A stretch of 64,000 nt of DNA, taken from positions 2,847,814 to 2,911,813 of the forward strand of contig OZ252114.1 of NCBI GenBank assembly GCA_965248635.1. Direction: 5' to 3'. The translations under genes and the position numbers were made by a program. Origin of the DNA: Acidobacteriota bacterium. GTDB taxonomy: Bacteria; Acidobacteriota; UBA6911; RPQK01; CBDAPI01. A model generated the notes under the pieces. That model did no database searches. It saw only the letters and a program-made list of their open reading frames with translations, and was not told where the DNA came from. Positions within the stretch are counted from its first letter, which is position 1. Every line of letters starts with the position of its first letter. Positions 63,441 to 64,000 of this stretch are shown here, piece after piece.

Positions 63441-63460
63441 TTTGTGACGACCATCACAAA
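63441..63460. promoter_or_regulatory. perfect CRP/FNR-type palindrome tttGTGAcgaccaTCACaaa (TGTGA-N6-TCACA)
   Basis: TGTGA lies at 63443-47 and TCACA at 63454-58, with symmetric TTT/AAA flanks. It lies about 175-190 bp upstream of the S8 protease start (63268, minus strand). Confidence 0.4.
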
Positions 63461-63544
63461 TCATATAGTGCTGTCCTTGCCTTGACAAGGTGTTTATCGT
63501 GTTTATCGATTCGCAGTTGGAGGATTTGTTGTAATTCGTTCGAT

Positions 63545-64000
63545 CCTGCAGAGATTCACGGGATTCTTGAGAGAATAGGTCCCAATCTACCGATCCTCGA
63601 GCACACCACGGATACCGCTGGCTACACCGAGATCGTCTTCGCGCTGTTCCATCTTCTGGGGCTGCAGTTCGCTCCGCGAATTCGGGATCTCGGCGCCCAA
63701 CGTCTCTACCGTCTCGATGCTCCACCACGAAAGGAAGGTGCGGCAGTCTTGCTGAAGGGCCTGGTTCGCAGCAAGAACATTCTCGAACACTGGGATGATC
63801 TCCTACGGGTGGCAGGCACGCTCAAGCTGGGTTGGGTGACTGCCTCGCTGCTGATCTCGAAACTCCAGGCAGGAGCCAGGGAGAACTCTCTCTCCCGCGC
63901 CCTCCGTGATCTCGGTCGCCTGGTCAAGACGCAGTTCATCCTTCAGTGGATCGAGAACGAGGACTATCGTCGCCGAATCCACCGCCAGCTGAACAAGGGT
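63545..64000 (+). pseudogene. tnpA: Tn3-family transposase, C-terminal fragment lacking its 5' ~700 codons; runs off the right edge
   Basis: My own translation (frame open from 63470) gives AEIHGILERIGPNLPILEHTTDTAGYTEIVFALFHLLGLQFAPRIRDLGAQRLYRL...WDDLLRVAGTLKLGWVTASLLISKLQA...LGRLVKTQFILQWIENEDYRRRIHRQLNKG. This is the conserved DDE_Tn3 C-terminal region. No homologous sequence lies upstream of about 63545. Confidence 0.8.

Noticed and set aside
63254-63728. ORFs 63254-63439 (+) and 63354-63728 (-) in the protease/Tn3 junction region
   Set aside because: There is no family signal. They span an obvious regulatory or repeat region and the start of the Tn3 fragment, so they are probably chance ORFs.

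Overview
High-GC (about 60 %) bacterial chromosomal segment, most likely Acidobacteriota. Supporting clues are a TIGR03436-type VWFA protein, a Tat-signal Gfo/Idh/MocA oxidoreductase and a giant SBBP/DUF11 surface protein. I support about 45 protein-coding genes, tightly packed. I saw no rRNA, tRNA or CRISPR array. All family calls come from motif recognition in the supplied translations; no BLAST or HMM search was possible.

Core content: class-V aminotransferase + serA, two rhomboid proteases, a TonB-dependent receptor, an Lhr helicase, ggt, aqpZ, an ALDH7-type dehydrogenase, an NhaC-type antiporter, gnd-zwf-opcA, an EF-G paralogue, lgt and rluD.

Signalling content is rich. It includes a PAS-GGDEF-EAL protein, an HD-GYP-GAF-GGDEF protein, and a CHASE2 class-III cyclase packed directly behind gnd-zwf-opcA. 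That cyclase is followed by an MscS-type channel with a cNMP-binding domain. A perfect TGTGA-N6-TCACA (CRP-type) palindrome lies upstream of an S8 protease.

Main oddities:
1. Five ORF-breaking lesions fall in the four longest genes: Lhr, a ~1700-aa adhesin-like protein (two lesions), a ~1130-aa secreted protein, and a FecR-TPR-beta-barrel gene cut by a single in-frame TAG.
2. There are four or five gene remnants: a 14-codon mscL start, a group-II decarboxylase C-terminus, a Tn3 tnpA C-terminus and a possible DUF2958 start.
3. An IS630-family element carries an extra 102-aa ORF. A 110-bp MITE-like hairpin and two mini-palindromes share its CTAGTGCA termini.
4. Several intergenic spacers consist almost entirely of short tandem word arrays, and the hexamer AGTACT is strongly concentrated in spacers.

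I found no recognisable complete defence or secretion system. The best candidates for something undescribed are the surface-protein/FecR-TPR-porin locus (28.3-41.1 kb) and the OPP-operon/cyclase/cNMP-channel arrangement (41.2-51.4 kb).
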